Source: Candidatus Deferrimicrobiaceae bacterium (GTDB taxonomy: Bacteria; Desulfobacterota; Deferrimicrobia; Deferrimicrobiales; Deferrimicrobiaceae). Taken from it: DNA of 64,000 nt. This document shows positions 18,923-28,274 of this stretch, one piece after another (the first letter of the stretch is position 1; every line of letters starts with the position of its first letter). A program made the position numbers and the translations under genes. A model generated the notes under the pieces. The model ran no database searches. It was not told the DNA's origin and worked only from the letters and a program-made list of their open reading frames with translations. The stretch spans positions 1-64,000 of the forward strand of contig CAWBVY010000001.1 of assembly GCA_963792415.1 (NCBI GenBank). The letters run 5' to 3'.

Positions 18923-20308
18923 ATGATCCAGGGCGATCCGGGGGCGAGGCTTTCCGTGACGATTTCGAACGGGATGACGGTCGAGGTGCGGCTGGGGCAG
19001 AAGGAGGTCAAGATCGGCAGGGGGCACGAGGCGGACCTCCAACTGCCGGACCCGTCCGTTTCGCGGCTCCACGCCAAGGTCTTTCGCGTGGGCCTGCAAT
19101 ATTTCCTCGCGGATCTTCGCAGCCGCAACGGCACCCGCGCCGACGGCAAACGGATCACCCAGCTCGCCCTGGAAGACGGGAGGATGTTCCAGGTGGGGCC
19201 GTTCCGGATCCACTTTCATCGCCCCGCCCCCGGATTCCCCGCGGGAGAGGAGCCGACGGCGCCTCCGGGGATGGCGTCCCGCGACTTCGATTCCACCGAA
19301 GACAAGCCCGTCCACGTAGCAAAGCGGGCGGAAGCGCCTGCGGCCACCGTCGAATCGCCGTTCGGCCTGATCGGCGGATCGGCCCTTGTGCGGAAAATGG
19401 TCTCCACGATCCGCCGCGTGGCCGCGTCCGACGTGCCGGTCCTGATCGAAGGGGAGACCGGGAGCGGAAAGGAACTGGTCGCACGGGGGATCCACGACGC
19501 CTCCGCGCGCCGGGAGCGCCCGTTCATCGTGGTCAACTGCGGGGCGATCTCCCCCGAACTCATCGAAAGCGAGTTGTTCGGGCACGAAAAGGGGGCGTTC
19601 ACCGGGGCGACGGCGCAGCGGAAAGGGGCGTTCGAGCTCGCCAACTTCGGCACGATATTTCTTGATGAAATCGGGGAGTTACCTGTTGCACTTCAACCGA
19701 AACTTTTACGCTCGCTCGAGCAGAAGGAGGTCAAGCGGGTCGGAGGGAACGACCTGCTGCTGGCCGACGTCCGGGTCCTCGCCGCCACGAACCGGAACCT
19801 CCGGGAGGAGATCGCCCGCAAGACGTTCCGCGAAGACCTCTATTTCCGGATCGGCGCCATCACGGTGTCGATCCCTCCCCTTCGGGACCGGAGGGAGGAC
19901 GTGGCCCCGATCGCCCGGCACTTCCTTGCGGGGATGGAGAAACCGGCTTCCGGGCCCCTTCCCGTCCTCTCCCCCGCCGCGCTGGACATCCTGATCTCCC
20001 ATGACTGGCCGGGGAATGTGCGGGAGCTCCGGAACGCGATCCAGCGGGCAGTGGTGATGGCGGAAAGCGGAGAGCTGACCGTGCACGATTTCTCCTTCCT
20101 GCGCCGGGCGGCGGAGCCGGAGGCGGGAACGGAAACCCCGTCCGGGCTCTCGCGCTGGGAGCAGGCGGAGCGGACGAACATCCTCGGCGAACTCGCCCGC
20201 CAGAGGGGGAACAAGACGAAGGCGGCGCGCGAACTCGGGATCGCCAAGTCGACCCTGTTCGAGAAGTTGAAGAAGTACGGGATCCGCACCGCGGAGTTCG
20301 ACCGGTAA
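18923..20308 (+). CDS. FHA-domain sigma54-dependent enhancer-binding activator
   Basis: FHA (IGRG, VSRLHA, SRNGT); AAA+ (GETGSGKE, GAFTGA, WPGNVREL); Fis-type HTH. Confidence 0.92.
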   Translation: MIQGDPGARLSVTISNGMTVEVRLGQKEVKIGRGHEADLQLPDPSVSRLHAKVFRVGLQYFLADLRSRNGTRADGKRITQLALEDGRMFQVGPFRIHFHRPAPGFPAGEEPTAPPGMASRDFDSTEDKPVHVAKRAEAPAATVESPFGLIGGSALVRKMVSTIRRVAASDVPVLIEGETGSGKELVARGIHDASARRERPFIVVNCGAISPELIESELFGHEKGAFTGATAQRKGAFELANFGTIFLDEIGELPVALQPKLLRSLEQKEVKRVGGNDLLLADVRVLAATNRNLREEIARKTFREDLYFRIGAITVSIPPLRDRREDVAPIARHFLAGMEKPASGPLPVLSPAALDILISHDWPGNVRELRNAIQRAVVMAESGELTVHDFSFLRRAAEPEAGTETPSGLSRWEQAERTNILGELARQRGNKTKAARELGIAKSTLFEKLKKYGIRTAEFDR

Positions 20309-20319
20309 CCGGTCTTGGC

Positions 20320-20334
20320 GTTTGGAATTCAAAC
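20320..20334. promoter_or_regulatory. Candidate upstream activator site
   Basis: GTTTG-GAATT-CAAAC inverted repeat ~100 bp upstream of the -24 element. Confidence 0.35.
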
Positions 20335-20426
20335 CGATATCGCCGCACACAACCGTCCCCTGATTTTCCCCTTCCTCTAACTACCCGATCCTCCGCCTGA
20401 TTTCTGCATGTCCCCGGACCGCTTCC

Positions 20427-20442
20427 GGGTACACCGCTTGCT
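20427..20442 (+). promoter_or_regulatory. Putative sigma54 -24/-12 promoter of the flp/tad operon
   Basis: GGGTAC-ACCGC-TTGCT with canonical GG-N10-GC spacing, ~40 nt before the pilin ATG. Confidence 0.6.
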
Positions 20443-20482
20443 CCTTCCCCCCCCATCCAAATTCACCGCAGGAGGTGGGGAG

Positions 20483-20728
20483 ATGAGAAAGGGACTCGGG
20501 AAGAACCGCAAGGGGCAGGGGCTCACGGAATACATCATCATCGTCGCGCTCGTTGCCGTCGCCGGGATCGGGATCGTCAACATCTTCGGCAACCAGCTCC
20601 GCAACCAGTTCAACACGATCGTGAGGGCGATGGCGGGCAGCACGACGGCCACCGTAGAGTCCCTCGCCGGGAAAGCCGGGACGGAAGCCAACCAGAAGAA
20701 TCTTTCCACCTATGCCGGCTCGAAGTGA
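20483..20728 (+). CDS. flp: Flp/Fap type IVb pilin
   Basis: KGQGLTEYIIIVALVAV (G|xxxxEY motif); strong AGGAGG RBS. Confidence 0.88.
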   Translation: MRKGLGKNRKGQGLTEYIIIVALVAVAGIGIVNIFGNQLRNQFNTIVRAMAGSTTATVESLAGKAGTEANQKNLSTYAGSK

Positions 20729-21185
20729 GCGGGGGGCGGCGATGATCGAGTTCCTCCTCGCGGGGGTTCCGCTCCTCCTTCTGTTACTGGCGATCGTCCA
20801 ACTCTCCCTTCTCTGGGCGGGAAAGAGCGCCGTCGACACGGCGGCGCACCTCGCCTCCCGGAAATTCGCCCGCGTCGCCAGGGAGGACTTCCGCAGGGCG
20901 CGCGACATGGCCTTCCTCGAGGCGTTCCAGGTCTGTCGGAACCGGCCCGGCGGATCCTTCGGATCGGCCGCCATGACCGCCCTCGACGTCACGAAGGACG
21001 GCGAACGGGGGGCCAATCGCGCCGACGCCGGCGAGGCGCTCTGCGTCCGCCTCACCCACGGGGTCGAACTGGTCGTCCCCTGGATCGACCGGATCCTGTT
21101 CGCCCTGTCCCCGGGGAAGAAGATCCGCCTCGGGGATCACTACTACCTGATGATGCAATCCAGCCGCTGGGTGACGGTCGAGTGA
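20712..21185 (+). CDS. tadE: TadE-like pseudopilin
   Basis: RGAAMIEFLL...P + TM, AAHLASR. Confidence 0.8.
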   Translation: MPARSERGAAMIEFLLAGVPLLLLLLAIVQLSLLWAGKSAVDTAAHLASRKFARVAREDFRRARDMAFLEAFQVCRNRPGGSFGSAAMTALDVTKDGERGANRADAGEALCVRLTHGVELVVPWIDRILFALSPGKKIRLGDHYYLMMQSSRWVTVE

Positions 21186-22099
21186 CCATGATCGGAGTTT
21201 TCTCGCGACAGGCAGTGCGGCTTCGCGCGGGAAATCCCGGGCAGGCGACGGCCCTCTTCCTGGTCGTCGCCGCCACTCTCCTCGCGGTGGTCTTCGCCTC
21301 GATCCGCCTGCATCACGTCGCGGCCGCGCGCGTGCGCACGGCGGATTCGGTCGACGCCATCGCCCTGTCGGCCGCGACCTGGGAAGCGCGGTGCCTGAAC
21401 CTGATCGCCGCGCTGAACGACGGGGCGATCCAATGTTTCCGCGTCATCCGGTATACGTGCGTGGTGTGGGCGGCGCTGGCCCTCGCCGCGGCCTTCGGAT
21501 TCGGCGCTCCGGCGTTCGCGGAGTACACCAGGAAAGCCCGAAGGCTCATCGCCGGATACTGGAACACGGCGCACCTGCTCGTCTCCTGGTCCGAAAAGAT
21601 CCGGAAGGCGGCGCCGTACCTGGTTCTCGGGGAAGTCGCGGCCTTGTCGAAACGGCGCAACGTCGCCGGAATCCTCTCTCCGCTCAACCCCCGCGGTCCC
21701 CATGACGGAAAAAACACGCTCGAACTCCACCTCGCCCCGGGTGCGCCGATCTCTCTCTCGGAAGCCATTGCGCCCATCAGCAGCGTCCTGAACCGGCTGA
21801 GGAGGATCCGGTTCCTAAAGGGCGCGATGAAGGCGGTCATCGCGCTGCTCGACTCGGCGCTGCGCGGGATTGTCGGGACCGGCAAGGGACCGATCCGGAT
21901 GCTGGAACCCGAGGAGGATTTTTTGGCCCGACAGTTCGTCCGGTTCGAGGGAATCCACACGGTTCCGGATCTCCCCATCCCCTTCCTGAACGAACAGGGG
22001 AAGCGGCGGGTGTTCGAGGAGGCGACGGCGCAACCGTACGGAGGAGGAACGGCGGAGATGACGTGGAGATCAAGGCTGACCGAGCGGTGCAGGAAATGA
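21182..22099 (+). CDS. TadG-like/Tad domain pilus assembly protein
   Basis: GQATALFL leader, TM, ADSVDAIALSAA motif. Confidence 0.65.
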   Translation: MTMIGVFSRQAVRLRAGNPGQATALFLVVAATLLAVVFASIRLHHVAAARVRTADSVDAIALSAATWEARCLNLIAALNDGAIQCFRVIRYTCVVWAALALAAAFGFGAPAFAEYTRKARRLIAGYWNTAHLLVSWSEKIRKAAPYLVLGEVAALSKRRNVAGILSPLNPRGPHDGKNTLELHLAPGAPISLSEAIAPISSVLNRLRRIRFLKGAMKAVIALLDSALRGIVGTGKGPIRMLEPEEDFLARQFVRFEGIHTVPDLPIPFLNEQGKRRVFEEATAQPYGGGTAEMTWRSRLTERCRK

Positions 22100-22572
22100 T
22101 GCGCCGGCGGAATTCGCCCTGTGGGCAATCCATCGTGGAGGCGGTGCTGGTGCTTCCCCTGCTCCTGATCCTGCTCGGAGGAGGGTACTGGTTCTACCGC
22201 GACCTTTCGCTCTCCTCTTCCGCGGAGAGCGCTGCGCACGCACAAATGCTGCGGACCGGAAGGCGGCAGGCCGGGATCGAACCCCGTATTTCCGGGACGA
22301 TTCACCCGGGAGAGAACGTCGCTCGCATCGAGGGGCACAACGATCCTCTGGTCGGCGAGGTGCCTCTGTTCCGCGGACTGGCCGGCAGGACGGTCGCGTC
22401 CGCGGACGTCTCCCTCGAAAAAGAACCCGTGGGCGCCTTCCTCGACCTGACATCCCACACTCTTCGCCGGGAAACGGAAGGCGCCGTGGATTGCTGGGGG
22501 AAGGAGACCCCGTCCGGCGCGACGGTCCGGCGGACGGTGCAGGGGATCCTTTTGACGGGGGCGCTGCGATGA
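22096..22572 (+). CDS. TadE/TadF-like pseudopilin
   Basis: GQSIVEAVLVLPLLLILL motif. Confidence 0.75.
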   Translation: MMRRRNSPCGQSIVEAVLVLPLLLILLGGGYWFYRDLSLSSSAESAAHAQMLRTGRRQAGIEPRISGTIHPGENVARIEGHNDPLVGEVPLFRGLAGRTVASADVSLEKEPVGAFLDLTSHTLRRETEGAVDCWGKETPSGATVRRTVQGILLTGALR

Positions 22573-23138
22573 ACCGGAAGATTCCCGTCGGACTCGCCGT
22601 GGCGGCTTCGCTTTTCGTATCGCTTTGCCTTGCGGGAAGCGGCAATGCCCTCCGGAAGGAGATCTCCTCGACCCGCCGCGTTTTCATCGACGGGAATTCG
22701 TTCGTCTCCGACGACTCCTCGCCGGACGACGGTTCCATCCTGAAGAGGGAACTCGGCAGGCTGGGTGTCCACCTGCCCGACGGGTTTGACCTGCCGGAAG
22801 AGACAGCCCCGTCGCATCCCGTCTTCTCGGGAAGACTGAGGGATTCCAGCCCGGCGGCGGCCATTACCGTACAGCGGCTTCCCGCGGGAATGACCCCGGA
22901 ACACACCCTCCGGATGGAAGGCGAAGGGGCGCCGCTCGACCTCGTTTTCGGAAAGCTCGGCACCCCGGGATCCTCCATCGGCTCCCGCCTGATCTCCTCC
23001 GGCTGGAAATCCCTGTCCACCGAAAAGGATCCCGAAGGGACGCGCGTGCTGCATTTCACCCATGGAAAGGAGGCCGCCACTGTTTTCCTCGATGAAGCGG
23101 AAGGCACGTTCCTTCTCTTCCGGCAAGTGGGCCGGTAA
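22569..23138 (+). CDS. Hypothetical exported protein in tad operon
   Basis: ATG overlaps upstream stop; N-terminal hydrophobic segment. Confidence 0.55.
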   Translation: MNRKIPVGLAVAASLFVSLCLAGSGNALRKEISSTRRVFIDGNSFVSDDSSPDDGSILKRELGRLGVHLPDGFDLPEETAPSHPVFSGRLRDSSPAAAITVQRLPAGMTPEHTLRMEGEGAPLDLVFGKLGTPGSSIGSRLISSGWKSLSTEKDPEGTRVLHFTHGKEAATVFLDEAEGTFLLFRQVGR

Positions 23139-23892
23139 GATCCGGACGCTGCTCCCCCTGTTCGGGGGTCTTCTCCTGTGCGGCTTCGCCCTGGCCGCCG
23201 CCGGGCGCAGGGTGGCGACCGTGGAAAAGGACATCCTCCGGCAGTCGAACCCGGTGGAGGTGGTCGTTGCCTCGATCCCGATTCCCGCCGGCGATATGTT
23301 CAGCGCGCGAAACCTCGCAAAGAAGTCGATCCCCTCTTCCGGGACGGGACAGCGGAACGTGCCCGCCTCCGAATTCGAACTCCTGGTCGGGGCGCGCGCC
23401 AAGACGGCGATCGATCCTGGAGAGCCGGTATTGTGGACCGACGTAGAGGAACCGTTCGACACGGAGGTCTTCTCCAAAACCGTTCTTCCAGGACGCAGGG
23501 CGATGACGCTCGGGGTGGACACGACATCGTCGTTCGCGGGTCTCCTCCATCCGGGGGACCGGGTGGACCTGCTCGTCGAGCGATCGGGAACAAAGCCCCC
23601 CGACTGGGTTCGGGATATCCCCGTGATCGCGGTGGACCGGGAGCACGATCGCCTCGCGCACCCCTCGGAAAAGGAAGAGACGGCCACCGTGACGTTGATG
23701 GTCAGCCCGGGGGAAGGGAGCCGGATCGCCCGGGCCTCGGGAAAAGTGCACTGGTTCCTTCGCAACCCGGACGACAACGCGGCCGAAGCGAAGGGCCCTC
23801 CGGCAGGATCGACGACATACCGCACCGTGGAGATCTGGAAAGCCGGGGTGAAGGTCTCGCCGGTACCCGCATCAAGGGAGAATCCCGGGTGA
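23092..23892 (+). CDS. cpaB: Flp pilus assembly protein CpaB/RcpC
   Basis: SAF domain (VVVASIPIPAG), GRRAMTL, LLHPGDRVDLL, TVTLMVSP, FLRNPDD. Confidence 0.88.
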   Translation: MKRKARSFSSGKWAGKIRTLLPLFGGLLLCGFALAAAGRRVATVEKDILRQSNPVEVVVASIPIPAGDMFSARNLAKKSIPSSGTGQRNVPASEFELLVGARAKTAIDPGEPVLWTDVEEPFDTEVFSKTVLPGRRAMTLGVDTTSSFAGLLHPGDRVDLLVERSGTKPPDWVRDIPVIAVDREHDRLAHPSEKEETATVTLMVSPGEGSRIARASGKVHWFLRNPDDNAAEAKGPPAGSTTYRTVEIWKAGVKVSPVPASRENPG

Positions 23893-25097
23893 GACGACTT
23901 CTTCCGTTCTCCGGGGGCGCCATCGCCGCCCTCTCCCTGCTCCTGGCCTTCGCACCAGGATCCGCATGCATCGCCTCGGAGACGATCCGGATCCGCCCGG
24001 GGTTCCAGCGGATCCTCGAACGGACGGGCGTGTCGCGTCTCTCCGTCGGCAACCCCGAGATCGTCGAAGCCCAGCCCCTTCCCCGCGACGCGGGGATCCT
24101 GGTGGTCGGAAAAATGGAGGGTGAGACCGACCTCGTCCTGTGGGAAAAGGATTCGAGGACGGTCTGGCACGTCGAAGTCGGATCCGGAAAGAGGTCGATC
24201 GCCGAGGATGCGAGGGCATTCGCGGGAGCCTTCCCCGGCCTGACCGTCGTCGATGCAGGCGGCTCGGTGATCCTCAGCGGATCCGTGACGGCATCCCAGG
24301 ATAAAAACGTTCTCGAGGCCTACGCTCTGGCCCATCCCGGGGTCCACCTCAGGGTTTCTCTGCCCGAGGAGAAGAAAACCCTTCTCCTCTATGACCTGAA
24401 GATCATCGAGATCAGCCGGGGGGAGAGCGAACAGCTGGGCATCCGATGGCCGGACGCGATCCCGGCGAAAGGAACGTTCACCGCGGGCACCGAAAACGCC
24501 GGAACGTTCGCCGTTGGAGCCGACTTCGACGCGGTCCTGAACCTCCTGATGGCGAACGGGAAGGCGAGGATCCTCTCCAATCCGCGCCTCGCGTGCGAAA
24601 GCGGGGGGGAAGCCCAGTTTCTCGCGGGAGGGGAAATCCCGATCGTGATCATCACCCCCGAGACGCGCACCGTGCAGTGGAAGACGTACGGGATCATCCT
24701 CAAGATTCACCCCACCATGACGGCAGGTGGAAAGATCCGCACGCAGGTAAACGCGGAGGTGAGCGCGGTGGACCACGGAAGCGGGACTTCCGACGTTCCG
24801 GGATTTCTCACCCGGCGGGTGTCCACCCTCTTCTCGACGCCGCCGGGGGAAACGGTGATGCTGTCGGGTCTCGTGAAGAGCGATATGGCCAAGGACGTCG
24901 CGAAGGTCCCGCTGCTGGGGCAGATCCCCGTGATCGGGGAACTGTTCAAGTCCCGAAGCTTCCGCGAGAACCGCACGGAGCTCGCGGTCTTCATCACCCC
25001 GGTCGTCGTGTCCGGGGACGCAGCCGCCGAGGCCGCCGACTGGGAGCGGAAAGCGGAGGAGCAGACGAGGCATCTCCGCTTCCGCCTGCTGGACTGA
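23889..25097 (+). CDS. cpaC: Tad secretin CpaC/RcpA
   Basis: VSRLSVGNPEIV; ILSNPRL..ESGGEAQFLAGGEIP; KVPLLGQIPVIGELFKS. Confidence 0.9.
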   Translation: MRRLLPFSGGAIAALSLLLAFAPGSACIASETIRIRPGFQRILERTGVSRLSVGNPEIVEAQPLPRDAGILVVGKMEGETDLVLWEKDSRTVWHVEVGSGKRSIAEDARAFAGAFPGLTVVDAGGSVILSGSVTASQDKNVLEAYALAHPGVHLRVSLPEEKKTLLLYDLKIIEISRGESEQLGIRWPDAIPAKGTFTAGTENAGTFAVGADFDAVLNLLMANGKARILSNPRLACESGGEAQFLAGGEIPIVIITPETRTVQWKTYGIILKIHPTMTAGGKIRTQVNAEVSAVDHGSGTSDVPGFLTRRVSTLFSTPPGETVMLSGLVKSDMAKDVAKVPLLGQIPVIGELFKSRSFRENRTELAVFITPVVVSGDAAAEAADWERKAEEQTRHLRFRLLD

Positions 25098-25121
25098 CGC
25101 ACACAAAGGAGGAGGGATCGA

Positions 25122-26345
25122 ATGGACGGTGAAATCCGACGCACGCTGCACCAGGCGGTTCTGTCCCGCCTCGACGCGAGGAAGACGGGCCTGCTGTTTT
25201 CGCAGGATATCGGATGCTGGCGGAACCGCGCCGAGGAGTGCCTGCGGGCCGAGTTGCGCGGACTGCCGCTGGGGGAGGCGGAGCGGGACGCCTTGAGGGA
25301 AGGGATCCTCGACGAGATCTTCGCCTTCGGGCCGATCACTCCCCTCCTCTCCGATCCCGCCGTCTCCGAGATCATGGTAAACGGACACGAGTCGATCTAC
25401 GTGGAGCGGTTTGGCCTGGTGTCCCGCCACGCCGGGTCGTTCCTCTCGGAGGAATCGCTCCGAGGCACGATCGACCGGATGGTATCCAAGGTCAACCGCC
25501 GCCTCGACGAGTCGTCACCCTACGTCGACGCGCGGCTCCCGGACGGGTCGCGCATCAACGCGATCATTCCTCCCGTCTGCCTCACGGGGGCGTGCCTGAC
25601 GGTCCGCAAATTCCGGAAGGAGGCGTTCACCCTGGAGGAGCTGGTCCGCATCGGGTCTGTGGCCCAGGATGCCGCGGATTACCTGAAAGAGGCGGTTCGG
25701 GAGCGGCGCAACGTCATCGTCTCCGGTGGGACCGGTTCCGGAAAGACCACCCTCCTTAACGCCCTCTCGCAGTTCATCCCGGAGGAGGAGCGGATCGTCA
25801 CGATCGAGGACGCGGCGGAGATCCGGCTCCAGAAACCCCACGTGATCCAGCTCGAGGCCAGGCCGGTCAACATCGAAGGATCGGGGGCCGTCACCATCCG
25901 GGACCTCGTCCGCAACTCCCTCCGCATGCGCCCTGACCGGGTCATTGTCGGGGAGTGCCGCGGGGGGGAGGCGCTCGACATGCTGCAGGCGATGAATACC
26001 GGACATGACGGCTCGATCACCACGGGACACGCGAACACCCCCCGGGACATGCTCCGTCGCCTGGAGACGATGGTTCTGCTCTGCGGGGTGGAGATCCCGA
26101 TCCGTGCGATCCGGGAGCAGATCGCCTCCGCCATCGACGTCATCGTCCACACCGGGCGGATCGCCGGCGGGAAAAGAGCGGTCACGTCGATCACCGAAAT
26201 CACCGGCATGAACGAATCGCAGATCCTGCTCCAGGAACTGTTCCGGTGGTCGAAGGGGAACGCGGAAAACAACGGTGCGGGACGCCTCGTCGCCACCGGC
26301 ATCCCTTCCCGCTTCCGCCGCGGGGGAGACGACACGTGGGTTTGA
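25122..26345 (+). CDS. cpaF: Tad ATPase CpaF/TadA
   Basis: SEIMVNG, DARLPDGSR, GGTGSGKTT, IEDAAE, LRMRPDR, MNTGHDG. Confidence 0.95.
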   Translation: MDGEIRRTLHQAVLSRLDARKTGLLFSQDIGCWRNRAEECLRAELRGLPLGEAERDALREGILDEIFAFGPITPLLSDPAVSEIMVNGHESIYVERFGLVSRHAGSFLSEESLRGTIDRMVSKVNRRLDESSPYVDARLPDGSRINAIIPPVCLTGACLTVRKFRKEAFTLEELVRIGSVAQDAADYLKEAVRERRNVIVSGGTGSGKTTLLNALSQFIPEEERIVTIEDAAEIRLQKPHVIQLEARPVNIEGSGAVTIRDLVRNSLRMRPDRVIVGECRGGEALDMLQAMNTGHDGSITTGHANTPRDMLRRLETMVLLCGVEIPIRAIREQIASAIDVIVHTGRIAGGKRAVTSITEITGMNESQILLQELFRWSKGNAENNGAGRLVATGIPSRFRRGGDDTWV

Positions 26346-27187
26346 CGCTCGAGGAAGCGGTGATCTTCGTCCTTGGCGCCGCCCTGATCGCCCGGTTTCT
26401 CGTTCGCGCCGGGCTGCCGCAGGCGCGCACGAGGTTCGTTTCCGCGGCGAATCGTCACTCCGATGAATTGCGCGAAGAGTTCGTTCTTCTCCCGCCGGCC
26501 CGGATCGCCGCCGCGCTGCTGGTTTCCGCAACCGTTCTCGCCGGGGCGGCGATGGCGACGACCCGGTCCGTCGCCGCCGCGGCGGCATTCGGAGCCGCGC
26601 CGGTTCCCTTGGCCGGCCTTCTGATCCGGTGGTACCGGACCCGTCGGAAACGGTCCATCCTCTCGCAGTTGCCCTCGCTCCTCGACCTTCTGTCCGGGCA
26701 CTTGCGGGCGGGGCACAGCCTGTCGGAGTCCCTTGCGGAAACCGTCCCCCTGCTGCCCGCCGGAATCCGGGAGGAGATGGCGTGGGTTCTGCAGCAGAAC
26801 CGCCTCGGCACGACACTGCCGGAGGCCCTGGCCCATTGGGAGAAACGCATTGGTTCGGAGGAGGTCTCCCTCCTCGTGCGTCCCCTCCGCGCTGCGATTC
26901 CGGGAGGGGGAAACATCGTGGACCTGGTCGAGCGCACCCGGGACATCCTGCGGCTCCGGATCCGCACGTCCGAGAAACTTCGAAGCATGACGGCACAGGC
27001 CCGCATGCAGGCGTGGGTCCTCACGCTCCTCCCTCCGGCGGTCGCGGTCGCCCTTTCGAAGGTCGATCCCGGATTCTTCCCGAACCTCCTGGGCACCCCG
27101 CTGGGAAAAACGATCCTGGCGATCGCCTTCACCCTCCAGGTCGTGGGTTGGGTCACCATACGAAAAATCATGTCGGTGCGGCCATGA
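26336..27187 (+). CDS. tadB: TadB inner-membrane protein
   Basis: QLPSLLDLLSGHLRAGHSL, GGNI, MTAQARMQ. Confidence 0.85.
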   Translation: MGLTLEEAVIFVLGAALIARFLVRAGLPQARTRFVSAANRHSDELREEFVLLPPARIAAALLVSATVLAGAAMATTRSVAAAAAFGAAPVPLAGLLIRWYRTRRKRSILSQLPSLLDLLSGHLRAGHSLSESLAETVPLLPAGIREEMAWVLQQNRLGTTLPEALAHWEKRIGSEEVSLLVRPLRAAIPGGGNIVDLVERTRDILRLRIRTSEKLRSMTAQARMQAWVLTLLPPAVAVALSKVDPGFFPNLLGTPLGKTILAIAFTLQVVGWVTIRKIMSVRP

Positions 27188-28002
27188 GGACGCGGGACAT
27201 CCTCCTCATCGGTTCGCCGATGCTCCTTGGAGGCTCCATTCTCGCCGGTTTCCTCCTCCGCGCGTGGAAGGGGCGGTCGATCGCACGCACCCTGGAAGCA
27301 TACCGGTCCGCCCATGACCGGCTGACGGAGCGACTGGTCGCGAAACGGCTCCTTCGATTCCCCGGGGCCTGCCTCGTCTCCCCTCTCCGCTACTGGGCGT
27401 TCGCGGAGCTCTTCGCGCTGCTCGTCCTCCTCGCCGGCATATCGGTCGACCCCTCGGCGGCGGGTCTGGCGAATGCGGCGGTCACCGCTGCGCTTTTCGG
27501 CTCCGGCATCGCCTGGATCTCCCTGCGCGGGGCCGCCCGGAAAGCGCTTCACTCGGTGCGGCGCGACCTCCCGGTCGTCTGCTTCCTCTTCTCCCTCCTG
27601 CTCGAATCCGGGATGGGCGCCTCCTCGGCGCTGCAGGAAACGGCGGGCGCGATCCCCGAGGGGCCCCTCGCCGATGAACTGGCGGAACTGCTCCGGTCCC
27701 GCGCGCTCGGCGTTCCCGGGGGGGAATCGATCGAACGTTCACGGCGGCGCGTGCCCGTCGAGGAGTACCGGCTGTTCCTGAACCATGTGCTCCAGGGAGA
27801 GCGGCTCGGGATCGGGCTGTCGCGGAGCCTGCGGGAACTCTCCACGAAATTGCTGGAAAGCCAGTCGCAACGGGCGGAGACGATCGCCCAGCAGGCGGCG
27901 GTCAAGATGTTGCTCCCCCTGGTCTTATTCATCTCTCCCGCCGTCTTTCTCATCATCCTGTCCCCGGTGATCCTTGGCCTGTGGGACAAGTTCGCGGGGT
28001 GA
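27184..28002 (+). CDS. tadC: TadC inner-membrane protein
   Basis: LESGMG, QGERLG, AAVKMLLPLVLFISP. Confidence 0.85.
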   Translation: MRTRDILLIGSPMLLGGSILAGFLLRAWKGRSIARTLEAYRSAHDRLTERLVAKRLLRFPGACLVSPLRYWAFAELFALLVLLAGISVDPSAAGLANAAVTAALFGSGIAWISLRGAARKALHSVRRDLPVVCFLFSLLLESGMGASSALQETAGAIPEGPLADELAELLRSRALGVPGGESIERSRRRVPVEEYRLFLNHVLQGERLGIGLSRSLRELSTKLLESQSQRAETIAQQAAVKMLLPLVLFISPAVFLIILSPVILGLWDKFAG

Positions 28003-28007
28003 ACCTC

Positions 28008-28274
28008 ATGGAACGCGGGTATCGGACATGGATAGGGACGACGCTGGCCGTCGTGTCGCTCCTTCTGTGCACGGCGGGGCCTGGAATCGTTGAAGCGGGA
28101 TCCCCGCGGAGAGAGGGACCTGCCCTGGAATCCGGAGTCGGGAAGTCCATCCGCCTGTCGATCCGGATCTCCGGAGCGAAAAAGAGAAAACGCCACGTTT
28201 CCTTCTACAAGAGCGTGGCGCGGCAGGCGAAGATCCGGTCTAGCGGTGGCCGGCCCCTGTCATCCGGACGATGA
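28008..28274 (+). CDS. Small hypothetical protein with predicted signal peptide
   Basis: Follows tadC; hydrophobic N-terminus ending IVEA; overlaps kinase 3' end. Confidence 0.35.
   Translation: MERGYRTWIGTTLAVVSLLLCTAGPGIVEAGSPRREGPALESGVGKSIRLSIRISGAKKRKRHVSFYKSVARQAKIRSSGGRPLSSGR

Noticed and set aside
16925-20308. 1127-aa ORF that looks like a surface protein fused to an FHA-sigma54 activator
   Set aside because: Product of a frameshift in the C-tract at ~18561-18575. The surface protein's true C-terminus is in another frame (stop 18894) and the activator has its own RBS and ATG at 18923.
20315-20332. Alternative sigma54 promoter TTGGCGTTTGGAATTC
   Set aside because: Lacks the -12 GC; the site at 20427-20442 fits better and this stretch is better read as an inverted repeat.
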